Assembly (NCBI GenBank): GCA_964016885.1
Contig: OZ024742.1
Coordinates: 179,304,001-179,368,000 of the forward strand
Direction: 5' to 3'
DNA length: 64,000 nt
From: Eledone cirrhosa
Lineage: Eukaryota
Shown here: one piece after another, positions 25,901 through 38,380 of the stretch
How the letters are laid out: each line of letters opens with the position of its first letter
Position numbering within the stretch: the stretch's first letter is position 1
Program-made: the position numbers and the translations under genes
Notes under the pieces: generated by a model
What the model was told of the DNA's origin: nothing
Seen by the model: only the letters and a program-made list of their open reading frames with translations
The model's database searches: none

Positions 25901-28900
25901 ATGTTGGTTGTTTGTTGTTGTTAGTCATGGTTCTGATGACAATGGTGGAGGTGTTTGTGATGCTGCTGGTGTTTGTGGTTGTAGTGACGGTGATGTTGGT
26001 TGTTTGTTGTTGTTAGTCATGGTTCTGATGACAATGGTGGAGGTGTTTGTGATGCTGCTGGTGTTTGTGGTTGTAGTGACGGTGATGTTGGTTGTTTGTT
26101 GTTGTTAGTCATGGTTCTGGTGACAATGGTGGAGGTGTTTGTGATGCTACTGGTGTTTGTGGTTGTAGTGACGGTGATGTTGGTTGTTTGTTGTTGTTAG
26201 TCATGGTCCTGGTGACAATGGTGGATGTGTTTGTGATGCTGCTGGTGATTGTGGTTGTAGTGACGGTGATGTTTGTTGTTTGTTGTTGTTAGTCTTGGTT
26301 CTGGTGACAATGGTGGAGGTATTTGTGATGCTGCTGGTGTTTGTGGTTGTAGTGACGGTGATGTTGGTTGTTTGTTGTTGTTAGTCATGGTTCTGGTGAC
26401 AATGGTGGAGGTGTTTGTGATGCTGCTGGTGTTTGTGGTTGTAGTGACGGTGATGTTGGTTGTTTGTTGTTGTTAGTCATGGTTCTGGTGACAATGGTGG
26501 AGGTGTTTGTGATGCTGATAGTGTTTGTGGTTGTAGTGACGGTGTTGTTGGTTGTTTGTTGTTGTTAGTCATGGTCCTGGTGACAATGGTGGAGGTGTTT
26601 GTGATGCTGCTGGTGTTTGTGGTTGTAGTGACGGTGATGTTGGTTGTTTGTTGTTGTTAGTCATGGTTCTGGTGACAATGGTGGAGGTGTTTGTGATGCT
26701 GATAGTGTTTGTGGTTGTAGTGACGGTGATGTTGGTTGTTTGTTGTTGTTAGTCATGGTCCTGGTGACAATGGTGGAGGTGTTTGTGATGCTGCTGGTGT
26801 TTGTGGTTGTAGTGACGGTGATGTTGGTTGTTTGTTGTTGTTAGTCATGGTTCTGGTGACAATGGTGGAGGTGTTTTTGATGCTACTGGTGTTTGTGGTT
26901 GTAGTGACGGTGATGTTGGTTGTTTGTTGTTGTTAGTCATGGTTCTGGTGACAATGGTGGAGGTGTTTGTGATGCTACTGGTGTTTGTGGTTGTAGTGAC
27001 GGTGATGTTGGTTGTTTGTTGTTGTTAGTCATGGTTCTGGTGACAATGGTGGAGGTGTTTGTGATGCTGCTGGTGTTTGTGGTTGTAGTGACGGTGATGT
27101 TGGTTGTTTGTTGTTAGTCATGGTTCTGGTGACAATGGTGGAGGTGTTTGTGATGCTACTGGTGTTTGTGGTTGTAGTGACGGTGATGTTGGTTGTTTGT
27201 TGTTAGTCATGGTCCTGGTGACAATGGTGGATTTATTTTTGATGCTGCTGGTGTTTGTGGTTGTAGTGACGGTGATGTTGGTTGTTTGTTGTTGTTAGTC
27301 ATGGTTCTGGTGACAATGGTGGAGGTGTTTGTGATGCTGCTGGTGTTTGTAGTTGTAGTGACGGTGATGTTGGTTGTTTGTTGTTGTTAGTCATGGTTCT
27401 GGTGACAATGGTGGAGGTGTTTGTGATGCTGCTGGTGTTTGTGGTTGTAGTGACGGTGATGTTGGTTGTTTGTTGTTGTTAGTCATGGTTCTGATGACAA
27501 TGGTGGAGGTGTTTGTGATGCTGCTGGTGTTTGTGGTTGTAGTGACGGTGATGTTGGTTGTTTGTTGTTGTTAGTCATGGTTCTGGTGACAATGGTGGAG
27601 GTGTTTGTGATGCTACTGGTGTTTGTGGTTGTAGTGACGGTGATGTTGGTTGTTTGTTGTTGTTAGTCATGGTCCTGGTGACAATGGTGGATGTGTTTGT
27701 GATGCTGCTGGTGATTGTGGTTGTAGTGACGGTGATGTTTGTTGTTTGTTGTTGTTAGTCTTGGTTCTGGTGACAATGGTGGAGGTGTTTGTGATGCTGC
27801 TGGTGATTGTGGTTGTAGTGACGGTGATGTTTGTTGTTTGTTGTTGTTAGTCATGGTTCTGGTGACAATGGAGGAGGTATTTGTGATGCTGCTCGTGTTT
27901 GTGGTTGTAGTGACGGTGATGTTGGTTGTTTGTTGTTGTTAGTCATGGTTCTGGTGACAATGGTGGAGGTGTTTGTGATGCTGCTGGCGTTTGTGGTTGT
28001 AGTGACGGTGATTTGGGTTGTTTGTTGTTGTTAGTCATGGTTCTGGTGACAATGCTGGAGGTGTTTGTGATGCTGATAGTGTTTGTGGTTGTAGTGACGG
28101 TGTTGTTGGTTGTTTGTTGTTGTTAGTCATGGTCCTGGTGACAATGGTGGAGGTGTTTGTGATGCTGATAGTGTTTGTGGTTGTAGTGACGGTGTTGTTG
28201 GTTGTTTGTTGTTGTTAGTCATGGTCCTGGTGACAATGGTGGAGGTGTTTGTGATGCTGCTGGTGTTTGTGGTTGTAGTGACGGTGATGTTGGTTGTTTG
28301 TTGTTGTTAGTCATGGTTCTGGTGACAATGGTGGAGGTGTTTGTGATGCTGATAGTGTTTGTGGTTGTAGTGACGGTGATGTTGGTTGTTTGTTGTTGTT
28401 AGTCATGGTCCTGGTGACAATGGTGGAGGTGTTTGTGATGCTGCTGGTGTTTGTGGTTGTAGTGACGGTGATGTTGGTTGTTTGTTGTTGTTAGTCATGG
28501 TTCTGGTGACAATGGTGGAGGTGTTTGTGATGCTACTGGTGTTTGTGGTTGTAGTGACGGTGATGTTGGTTGTTTGTTGTTGTTAGTCATGGTTCTGGTG
28601 ACAATGGTGGAGGTGTTTGTGATGCTACTGGTGTTTGTGGTTGTAGTGACGGTGATGTTGGTTGTTTGTTGTTGTTAGTCATGGTTCTGGTGACAATGGT
28701 GGAGGTGTTTGTGATGCTGCTGGTGTTTGTGGTTGTAGTGACGGTGATGTTGGTTGTTTGTTGTTAGTCATGGTTCTGGTGACAATGGTGGAGGTGTTTG
28801 TGATGCTACTGGTGTTTGTGGTTGTAGTGACGGTGATGTTGGTTGTTTGTTGTTGTTAGTCATGGTCCTGGTGACAATGGTGGATGTGTTTGTGATGCTG

Positions 28901-30217
28901 CTGGTGTTTGTGGTTGTAGTGACGGTGATGTTGGTTGTTTGTTGTTGTTAGTCATGGTTCTGGTGACAATGGTGGAGGTGTTTGTGATGCTGCTGGTGTT
29001 TGTGGTTGTAGTGACGGTGATGTTGGTTGTTTGCTGTTGTTAGTCATTGTTCTGGTGACAATGGTGGAGGTGTTTGTGATGCTGCTAGTGTTTGTGGTTG
29101 TAGTGATGGTGATGTTGGTTGTTTGTTGTTGTTAGTCATGTTCTGGTGACAATGGTGGTGGTGTTTGTGATGCTGCTGGTGTTTGTGGTTGTAGTGACGG
29201 TGATGTTGGTTGTTTGTTGTTGTTAGTCATGGTTTTGGTGACAATGGTGAAGGTGTTTGTGATGCTGCTGGTGTTTGTGGTTGTAGTGACGGTGTTGTTG
29301 GTTGTTTGTTGTTGTTAGTCATGGTTCTGGTGACAATGGTGGAAGTGTTTGTGATGCTGCTGGTGTTTGTGGTTGTAGTGACGGTAATGTTGGTTGTTTG
29401 TTGTTAGTCATGGTCTTGGTGACAATGGTGGAGGTGTTTGTGATGCTGCTGGTGTTTGTGGTTGTAGTGACGGTGATGTTGGTTGTTTGTTGTTAGTCAT
29501 GGTTCTGGTGACAATGGTGGAGGTGTTTGTGATGCTGCTGGTGTTTGTGGTTGTAGTGACGGTGATGTTGGTTGTTTGTTGTTGTTAGTCATGGTTCTGG
29601 TGACAATGGTGGAGCTGTTTGTGATGCTGCTGGTGTTTGTGGTTGTAGTGACGGTGATGTTGGTTGTTTGTTGTTGTTAGTCATGGTTCTGGTGACAATG
29701 GTGGAGGTGTTTGTGATGCTGCTGGTGTTTGTGGTTGTAGTGACGGTGATGTTGGTTGTTTGTTGTTGTTAGTCATGGTTCTGGTGACAATGGTGGAGGT
29801 GTTTGTGATGCTGCTGGTGTTTGTGGTTGTAGTGACGGTGATGTTGGTTGTTTGTTGTTGTTAGTCATGGTTCTGGTGACAATGGTGGAGGTGTTTGTGA
29901 TGCTGCTGGTGTTTGTGGTTGTAGTGACGGTGATGTTGGTTGTTTGTTGTTGTTAGTCATGGTTCTGGTGACAATGGTGGAGGTGTTTGTGATGCTGCTG
30001 GTGTTTGTGGTTGTAGTGACGGTGATGTTGGTTGTTTGTTGTTGTTAGTCATGGTTCTGGTGACAATGGTGGAGGTGTTTGTGATGCTGCTGGTGTTTGT
30101 GGTTGTAGTGACGGTGATGTTGGTTGTTTGTGGTTGTTAGTCATGGTCCTGGTGACAATGGTGGAGGTGTTTGTGATGCTGCTGGTGTTTGTGGTTGTAG
30201 TGACGGTGATGTTGGTT
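19980..30217. repeat. Satellite array 2: 92-bp unit (89-bp variant lacking one GTT), about 110 copies
   Basis: Consensus GTTAGTCATGGTTCTGGTGACAATGGTGGAGGTGTTTGTGATGCTGCTGGTGTTTGTGGTTGTAGTGACGGTGATGTTGGTTGTTTGTTGTT; ORF starts step by 92 or 89. Confidence 0.97.
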
Positions 30218-30351
30218 GCGTTGCTGGTGGCAGTTATTAAGTTTGTTATGCTGCAGCTGTTTTACTGCTGAACACAAACCACATTTCCTAGCTCTGGTAT
30301 TCTCATTAGACATTATTTTTTATCGCACATGTTTGCATTTGACTTCTCCCA

Positions 30352-30386
30352 CTCTCTCTCTCTCTCTTACTCTCTTATATACGCAT

Positions 30387-30429
<43 letters not shown>

Positions 30430-30462
30430 CATGTATAAATCTACATGTATAAACCTACATGT

Positions 30463-30537
<75 letters not shown>

Positions 30538-30550
30538 TAAATATATATAT
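30352..30550. repeat. Compound microsatellite (CT)n/(CA)n/(TA)n
   Basis: Direct reading. Confidence 0.95.
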
Positions 30551-30763
30551 GAACGAGTAGGGCCCCGTCGGCTGAGCTCAAGCCGTTTCGACGGCTAATT
30601 CTGGACTAAAAAAAAATACTTAGTCCAGAATTAGCCGTCGAAACGGCTTGAGCTCAGCCGTCGAGGTCCTACTCGTTCCTATATTACCCACTCTACTACC
30701 CCAAGTATTGAGTACTTTGGTGTCTTTTGTTCCATCTGGTTCCGTACCACATTTCCTTTGTTA
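30551..30763 (+). mobile_element. (TA)n-flanked ~145-bp interspersed element (30620-30763) preceded by an inverted copy of its first 59 bp (30551-30609)
   Basis: Arms 30551-30609 and 30620-30678 are reverse complements with about 3 mismatches; homologues at 32461-32610 and 62575-62710. Confidence 0.8.
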
Positions 30764-30811
30764 TATATATATATATAGAAGTCGTTACACAACAGTTAGT
30801 TCACCATATCT

Positions 30812-30845
30812 AGAACAATTGTTTCACCTTAGCGGATCCTCAGCT
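30812..30845 (-). ncRNA. Degenerate minimal type I hammerhead ribozyme motif (Penelope-like-element type)
   Basis: Minus strand reads CUGAGGA-UCC GCUAA GGU-GAAAC-AAUU-GUU with a palindromic helix III loop; helices I and II are weak. Confidence 0.5.
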
Positions 30846-31704
30846 CGTAATGGACATGGTTATACGGAACAGGAAGGACAACCGTACGAACGCGCGTGCA
30901 ATACTAGGCAATACTAAACTATGTGCGAGAAGTGTAAGAGAGATAACTGCGAAAGTCCGAAATTTTCTAGTTGATGAGAAAACTAGGATGTTGTTGTAAT
31001 TCAATCTCACTTTATTAACAAATACGGACCCCCTCTAAACACTTCTCCCTAAGACGAACCCACAACATACACACATCAACATACATACCTACATCAGCAT
31101 ACATCCTACATACATCTCTATCTACATATAAACACAATGACATACGTAAACACACATGTTCTATGGTTCAACACAAATATACACAAATTTGCATACCTTT
31201 TGATGTCTATAGATATAAACGTGCCGACACACACGCATACATATACGCACACATGCATTGCACACTGATGGGCACATACATATTTGTACACAAGTATTCC
31301 AATATGGCAGGGCCTAATGGATTCCCCTTGCAGTACGTACAATCTGGACACTCACACACACCTTGGTCTTATGCCAATACTATATATCATTTCACACCTT
31401 TTATTATTAATGTTTTTGATGTTCTATTGAGAGAATTCGTTTTTACTGAAAATATCGAATAATGTACACCATTTTTACAGTATCACAAAAATACTGGTCC
31501 ACCCACCCACACACACACACATACACACATATACACACACACATACACTAACATACAAAGAGACATATACACACACACACACACTTCTCCGTATAAGACA
31601 AGAGCTGAAAAATATCTTTTAACATGTTAAAATATCCCCACACACGTACAGACACATTCCTACTGACCGATCCCTCTACTACGAATTACTCTGCTACACA
31701 CACT

Positions 31705-31735
<31 letters not shown>

Positions 31736-31840
31736 TTGTCTTAATAGGCACCTGAACCGTTGACATGTCAACATGACTGCAATTCACACACACATCCCTA
31801 CTGACCATTATCACAACAATGAACTTCTTTACTACTACAC

Positions 31841-31873
<33 letters not shown>

Positions 31874-32278
31874 TTTGTCTTAAAAGACTTATTTTTCAGT
31901 GACTTCTCAATCAGCCGAGACAAATCTACATTTGGCGCAAAATCAATTTTTAACATTCACATGACCTCTACCAACCAATCAACATTGTTTTGACCACAAG
32001 AATTTTTGCAACACGAATTGGCGCTAAACTTATTTTAATACATCTGGAGCCACTTTTTTCACATAAAACAGGTAGAATTTCCAAAACTGATCAGATTAGA
32101 GCAAACATCACGGGCGCTCTGTCTCAAAATTATTTTTGAAAAGCATTAGAAATGCGCAACCGGTAAAAACTTAAAACCAAAACTGAATACTAACCAATAC
32201 TTATTACTAATTTTGACTTATTCCTAATTAAACTATTTTTCACTGGGAACAATTTGTCAGCATTTTCTTTTCCTTTTA

Positions 32279-32330
<52 letters not shown>

Positions 32331-32426
32331 AAACTTGGACGGGAACAAAAACAGAGGCAGTACAAATAAAAGTTTATTAGATTCACGTTCTTGAGAGTGG
32401 AGGATGGGGGGGGGGTATACATACAC

Positions 32427-32460
<34 letters not shown>

Positions 32461-32463
<3 letters not shown>

Positions 32464-32610
32464 ACGAAGGAAGTGTGGTATAGAAACAGGTAGACCATAA
32501 CGCAGCAGAGTACTCAATACTTAGGGTAGTAGAGTGAGTAATAGGAACATTTTCAAGACCCCGACGGCAGAGATCAAGCCGTTTCGACGGCTATCTCTGG
32601 ACATTTTCCT
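32461..32610 (-). mobile_element. Second copy of the (TA)n-flanked hairpin element
   Basis: Shares GAGTACTCAATACTT..GGTAGTAGAGTG and TCAAGCCGTTTCGACGGCTA..TCTGGAC; (TA)n on both sides. Confidence 0.8.
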
Positions 32611-32623
32611 ATATATATATATT

Positions 32624-32657
<34 letters not shown>

Positions 32658-33446
32658 AAGATCGGAATTAAGAGTATTCCGCAGTTCACTGTAATAATAA
32701 TATTAGTATTAGCTCAAAGAAGAATAGAGAATTTCCTTCTGAGCTCAAATGCAAATATATATTACACAAAGAGAAGTGTGTTACACAGTGAGATGTGTGT
32801 AAAGAATTATTACAAGTGAGTTTACCGTTACTGTATAGAGAACAATATCTACAGGTTTAGCAATTAAATAGAAAAAAACTAAGTCAGAATCAAATCTCTG
32901 GATTATAGTTTTAAATTACCAACCTTATAACTATTATATGTATATAATGTTTATGTATGTATGTATTATGCATTTGTGTGTTTGTGTATGGTTAAGATTT
33001 TTGTAATGATAATTTTAAATTTAAATAATATATTTATTCACGGGAGAATAGGACAGGAAAAAAGTGAGAAAACCGCCCACGGGAATCGAAGTGCATATCT
33101 GCAGTACACTGGACAATTACATTACAGGTTTTCAATGTCAAATACATGTATATATGTGTGAGAGTGTGAAAGTGAGAGCATTTAGGTATGTTTGTGTAAG
33201 TGCGTGTGATGAGGGGTGGTGTTGAAAACACGACAGCGTTCTTCTTTAGCAAGGTTATTTTTTTTCTTATTACTTTTTGTTTGGAACAGAAAACTTCTCT
33301 AAATCCACCATCAGCGTTTCTAAACTTTCATAGTCACATTTTCTAGATGCAGTGATGTTGACGTGTTTTGCTGCCTCTTTGCAGAGAGTTTTAATTTTTG
33401 ACCGTTAGATTTATATTTTATTACTGTGTTTTATTTTTAGTTGAGA

Positions 33447-34975
33447 CTAGCAGTTTAGCCCGGCGTTGCTCCATACAGGTAAACGTGGCTTGAAAGCGAA
33501 TAAGCTTATCAATTAAGTGCATAAAGCAGTTGAACCGGTTATTAAAAGTTACGAACCAATTAGTATTTTGGACAATCAATGATGGGTTAATAATCTTCCA
33601 ATAGCGAATTTAGTAGACCAAAGTTGCAAGATGGTTGCCCTGATGCCGCTGGGTGTCAGATCTGTCCGCCATGGGAGTTCATTTTTTATTGGGGGGGGGG
33701 GCGATTTTTATTTGGAATCCGTTTTTATTGGAGGTCCGATGATTTTTATTGTGTGTGTGTGTGTGTGGGGGGGGGATATTTGGAATCCTTTTATGGGGGG
33801 GGGGCATTTTTTATTTGGGGGTAGTGGGTGCCGGGTCATTTTTTATTTGGGGGGATACGTCTTTTATTTGGGGGGGGGGGGCGTTTTTCATTTGGGGGAT
33901 CCGTTTTTTATTGGGGTGTCCATTTTTTATTGGGGGCTCCGTTTTAAATTTTTTTTTGGGGGCTCCGTTTTTTATTGGGGGGGGGGGGTCCAGTTGTTAT
34001 TTGGGATTCGTTTTTTTATTTGGGGGGGTCCGTTTTTTATTGGGGGGGCGTCCGTTTTTATTTGGGGTCCTTTTTTATGGGGGGTCTGTTTATTAGGGGG
34101 GTCCGTTTTTTATGGGGGGGTACGTTTTTTTATTTGGAGACCGTATTTTATTTGGGGGGAGGGTGGGGGTGCGGTTTTTATTTGGAGTCCGTTTTTTATG
34201 GGCGTGTCCGCACAGGGACCATGTTAGCTTTGACGATGCCATGTAATTCCTGGTCAGTTGCTGGGTTAGGGATTTCAGCCAAAATGAAGCTGTCTATGGC
34301 ATTTGAATTGATTTTATCAGCTAACCAAATCAAAATGTGAGCATGTGGCAGCCCTCGTTTTTGCCATTCGACGGTGAACATGTCACACTTTACAGCCCCA
34401 AATACCTGACCCTTTTTTTTTATTAAAGCCATGAGTTTAGCCAGTTTCAGTCTCAACACTCTGGCAATGAGGTCATGTCTGTTCGAATAATTTTGCCCAG
34501 GAAAAAGTTCACGGGTTACATTCCGATTCATATGTCTATAGCATTAATCTGTTATATGAAGTATTATTTTACGGGTTGTTATTTGCAATAAGCCGATTGA
34601 AAATGCCCCAGATAAGCCGTATGTCAATACGGAACGCTCCACTGCAGTGTGAAGAGCGACAGAGAGAGTAAAGCAGTTAAATTATAGAGAGGGGGAATAT
34701 ACGGAACGCTCCATTTGATCGTATACATTGATTCTCTCTCTGCAGTGTTGTCATATAGGGAGTGAAGAGCGACAGAGAGAGTAAAGCAGTTAAATTATAG
34801 AGAGGGGAATGATCATGATCGATTATTGTTGATGGATTTGAAATTCTTTTGCTTCATGACCTTCTTATGACCAAAGAAAATAATTGTCCCGACGTTGAAT
34901 AGAATCTGTTGGAAATTGTGGACGTGCATAGGTTACAAACCTTAACACACACATCCTCAGCTTTATATATATAGA
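33447..34975 (-). mobile_element. Helitron A, non-autonomous deletion derivative
   Basis: Minus strand 5' A|TCTATATATATAAAG at 34975 and 3' CTAG|T at 33447; Rep fragment VEWQKRGLPHAHIL (34196-34531); near-identical to parts of Helitron B. Confidence 0.9.
33680..34202. repeat. G-tract/T-tract minisatellite (~18-22 bp, TTTTTTATTGGGGGGGTCCG-like) inside Helitron A
   Basis: Direct reading of many alternating G and T runs. Confidence 0.85.
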
Positions 34976-35262
34976 TACTAGCAGTTTAGCCCGGCGTTGC
35001 TCGGGTTTGTTCATTTGCTATGAAAAGTTACATACAGGTAAACGTAGCTTGAAAGTGCATAAGCTTATCAATTAAGGGCATAAAACAGTTGAACCGGTTA
35101 TTAATAGTTACAAACCAATTAGCATTTTGGACAATCAATGATAGGTTAATAATCTCCCAATAGCGAATTTAGTAGACCGAAGTTGCAAGATGGTGGCCCT
35201 GATGCCGCTGGGTGACCCTACCAGTTTTCCAGATGGCATAGCTCCAGCACCTGCACCAACAT

Positions 35263-38200
35263 CTATAGCACCTCTTTGTAGATGATATTGCGTGTCATCC
35301 CTTGAGGAATGTAAGCAAAAAGTCCATTCATACTCCCTACGCGGGAACAAGCAAAATAAAGTTGGCCATGGGAGAAGCATGGCTCCCCCAAATGGATGCC
35401 CGCCACCGACAATGTTTGCCCTTGTGACTTGTTAATGGACATGGCAAAACATGGTCTCACCGGGAATTAGGATCGCCAGAAATCGAACAGGATATCTGAC
35501 GCCGAGGGGAAAAGGTTCATCTTTGGAATGAAAACATTCTCCCCCCTCCCGCACCCCGTTAGAATGCTGGCCTCAATCAAGTGGTGCGTTAGTGACTTGA
35601 CGACCATGCGAGTACCGTTGCACTGCTTTTGTGGACGCAAGTTCCTTATTATCATAATGGGACAGCCAACCCTAAGCTTAAGAATGTGAGGTGGGAGCCC
35701 TGGGGGCTCAAGGGAATTTAATAACTCAACCGGATAATTAACGATATCGTCGGGGTCTGACGTCCGGGCGATAGATTTGAAGATGTGTTCTTTACCGGGA
35801 AACTTCTCAATCAGCTGCTCGTTAATAAAATTAACCATGGTAATTTTAGGAGCAAGGATGGCTCTTTCGCTGAGCCAATCGAGGTTGAGGTTTTTAAAGT
35901 TAAATGAGACATTAGGAAAAACTGCTTCCGAAAGGTCAGAAGGGCTACTCACAATGTTGCAAAGGGAGTCGATTGCTATGCCAACCTTGTCATCCGCAGG
36001 GACCTTGCCCTCACCAAGTGCTAAAATATTCTGAGAAAATGCTGCAGACATGTCACCATACAAATGAGCACGCATATTTGTGCTCAGGTACAAACTCTTC
36101 ACCTAGAGCCACAACATGGACGACTTAAGACAGGCACGCACTTCATCAGCTCTTGTCCCTTTCGGTATGACAGGCAGCGTTTGCCGAAAATCCCCTGATA
36201 GCAGAAGGGTTACGCCACCCCTAGTAGCTGTAGAATCCCTAATGTCTTTCAGGGTCCTGTCCAATGCCTCAAGGGCACCCTTGTGTGCCATAGCGCACTC
36301 ATCCCAAACAATGAGGCAACATTTTTTGAGAACCAGAGCTTCGTGTGAACTCTTGCTTATATTGCATATTGGTGTCTCAGTTTTTACTAAATCCAAGGGG
36401 TGTTTAAAGGTTGAATGTGCTGTCCTACCTCCCGGCAGCAAAGTAGCAGCGATCCAGGACGATGCAACGGCCAACGCAATTTTTTTCTCCTGACGAATCT
36501 TAGCGAGAATCAATTTCGTTACATAAGTTTTTCCTGTACCTCCAGGAGCATCGAGAAAGTAAATACCCCCAGTCTGATTTTGAACCGCGTCAATGATAGT
36601 TAAATAGGCCAACCTTTGGTCTGACAGAAGTTTGGGCTCATTTTCATCTAAGTATTGGGAAAGAGATTCGATGTCATATGCTGTTTCCCGCAACAAATCC
36701 GGGGCCAACGTGTTAGCTTCCTCTCTGCCGGTTGACGGCAAGCCATACGTCGCCAACTCACTCCCATCCATGTCGAGGAGGGCGTCCTCGATATCAATGA
36801 GTGCCCTGTTGTAGATAATGTCGCTGTAAACAACTTCCACTGAAGTATAGTTGTTTCTACGTTAGGCACAAGGCCAGCAATTACCCAGTGTATTACTGGT
36901 ACTTTATGTTATCGACCCCGTAAGGATGAAAGGCAAAGTTAACCTCGGCGGGATTTGAACTCAGAATAGCAAGGGCCGTAACTCTATGCGTCAAAGCATG
37001 GCGTCCGACCCTCTACCGATACTGCCAATCCGTCACCTTTGAAGTATAGTGCAGATGAGCCAGGCGCAGGAAGTCCTCAGACATGAAGTCTCTGTACTTG
37101 AGCCATAAAGATTTGGGATCACCCAATTTACACTTTTGAAGCAAAATAGCAAAGAGTTCCCGTAGACCTTTAGGTGATTTCAACAAAGCACCCACTGCTA
37201 AAGTGGAATCCCATTGCGAATCATCTTCCAAAAGACCACGCTTAAAGCAGGCTTCCCGGTACGTATCACATATTTCTCCATCAACAGTTTTGAGGTCCTG
37301 AAAATTTTGTGGGCCTACAACTTCATGCAGAAGAAGGCGGAGATGCAAGCACTCATGCTGACTTGGGGGCACATCGTAAACCCTTCCAAGACAGCTGTCA
37401 AATTTTACACCAGGATGTCTTTCAGCAGCCTGACCTGACTTTCTTCGCACCCAAGTGTTTTTCGACCATATAAAGTAGGATGGAACCTGGGAGTACACAA
37501 TTGTTTGCGCAAATGTATTGAACTGGTAAAGAGTGGTCAGAGTGGTCTCTTTCGGATCGGCGGCCAACTTGGCGGCGGTTTGGTCCGTAAAGTAAACCCT
37601 TTGCCCATTTTCAAAACGTACCGCAAGCTGTACGATGGCGGGGTGACGTTGGTGTAGTGGTAAACCAAATAGGCGCCAAAAAGCTTCATTGCTACTGATG
37701 TACCGCCCCGCCAGGTATTCTATGACCTCGTCCCTGCAATTTTCAGCTTGAAATGCGAACATTGCGGCATCAGAGCCCTTATTTACATATATGCATATGT
37801 ATTTTATCGACTTGACGGAGATGCAAAACTCAACGTTGATGTGGGCGTTGAACATCTTCAAGAGAAGCGGGCAGTAAGGGACCACCCCTCTATTGTCGAC
37901 TTGACCTCCCCTTACTGTTGTGGTGAAGCCACCGTTCTCGGGCAGTTTCCGCCTTTACAGGGGGTACCCGTCGCCACCAGTCTGAGTCTGGTCAACAAAC
38001 ATTTTTGGGTATCCCTGACTGCACGACCCCCATTTCAGACACGTGTGATGCTCATTAGGACCCGACGCACACGGACCATATTATCTTTGACGATGTCATG
38101 TAATTCCTGGTCAGTTGCTGGGTTAGGGATTTCAACCGAAATGAAGCTGTCTATGGCATTTGAATTGATTTTATCAGCTAACCAAATCAAAATGTGAGCA

Positions 38201-38380
38201 TGTGGCAGCCCTCGTTTTTGCCATTCGACGGTGAAGATGTCCCATTTTACAGCCCCAAATACCTGACCTTTTTTTATTAAAGCCATGAGTTTAGCCAGTT
38301 TCAGTCTCAACACTCTGGCAATGAGGTCATGTCTGTTCGAATAATGTTGCCCAGGAAAAAGTTCACGGGTTACATTCCGA
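35263..38380 (-). pseudogene. Helitron RepHel (HUH Rep + PIF1-family helicase) pseudogene
   Basis: HUH motif EWQKRGLPHAH; GYPL(Y>stop)RR with TAA at 37955-37957; Walker A DAPGGTGKT; IVWDE; GDFRQTLPV; FAMSINKSQGQT. In-frame stops at 36103 and 35467, a frameshift near 38070, a SINE insertion, and a missing N-terminus/Rep motif 1. Confidence 0.95.
36852..37039 (-). mobile_element. tRNA-derived SINE inserted in RepHel with 11-bp TSD TGAAGTATAGT
   Basis: TSD at 36841-36851 and 37040-37050; A-box TGGCAGTATCGG and B-box GAGTTCAAATCC on the minus strand. Confidence 0.93.

Noticed and set aside
19980-30217. About 110 tandem 65-aa membrane/Cys peptide genes, or a CRISPR-like array
   Set aside because: These are overlapping ORFs produced by a 92-bp non-triplet unit; there are no unique spacers or cas genes, and the context is eukaryotic.
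1-30217. Telomeric repeat array
   Set aside because: No TTAGGG/TTAGG tracts, and the G-rich strand points toward unique sequence, opposite to a left-end telomere.
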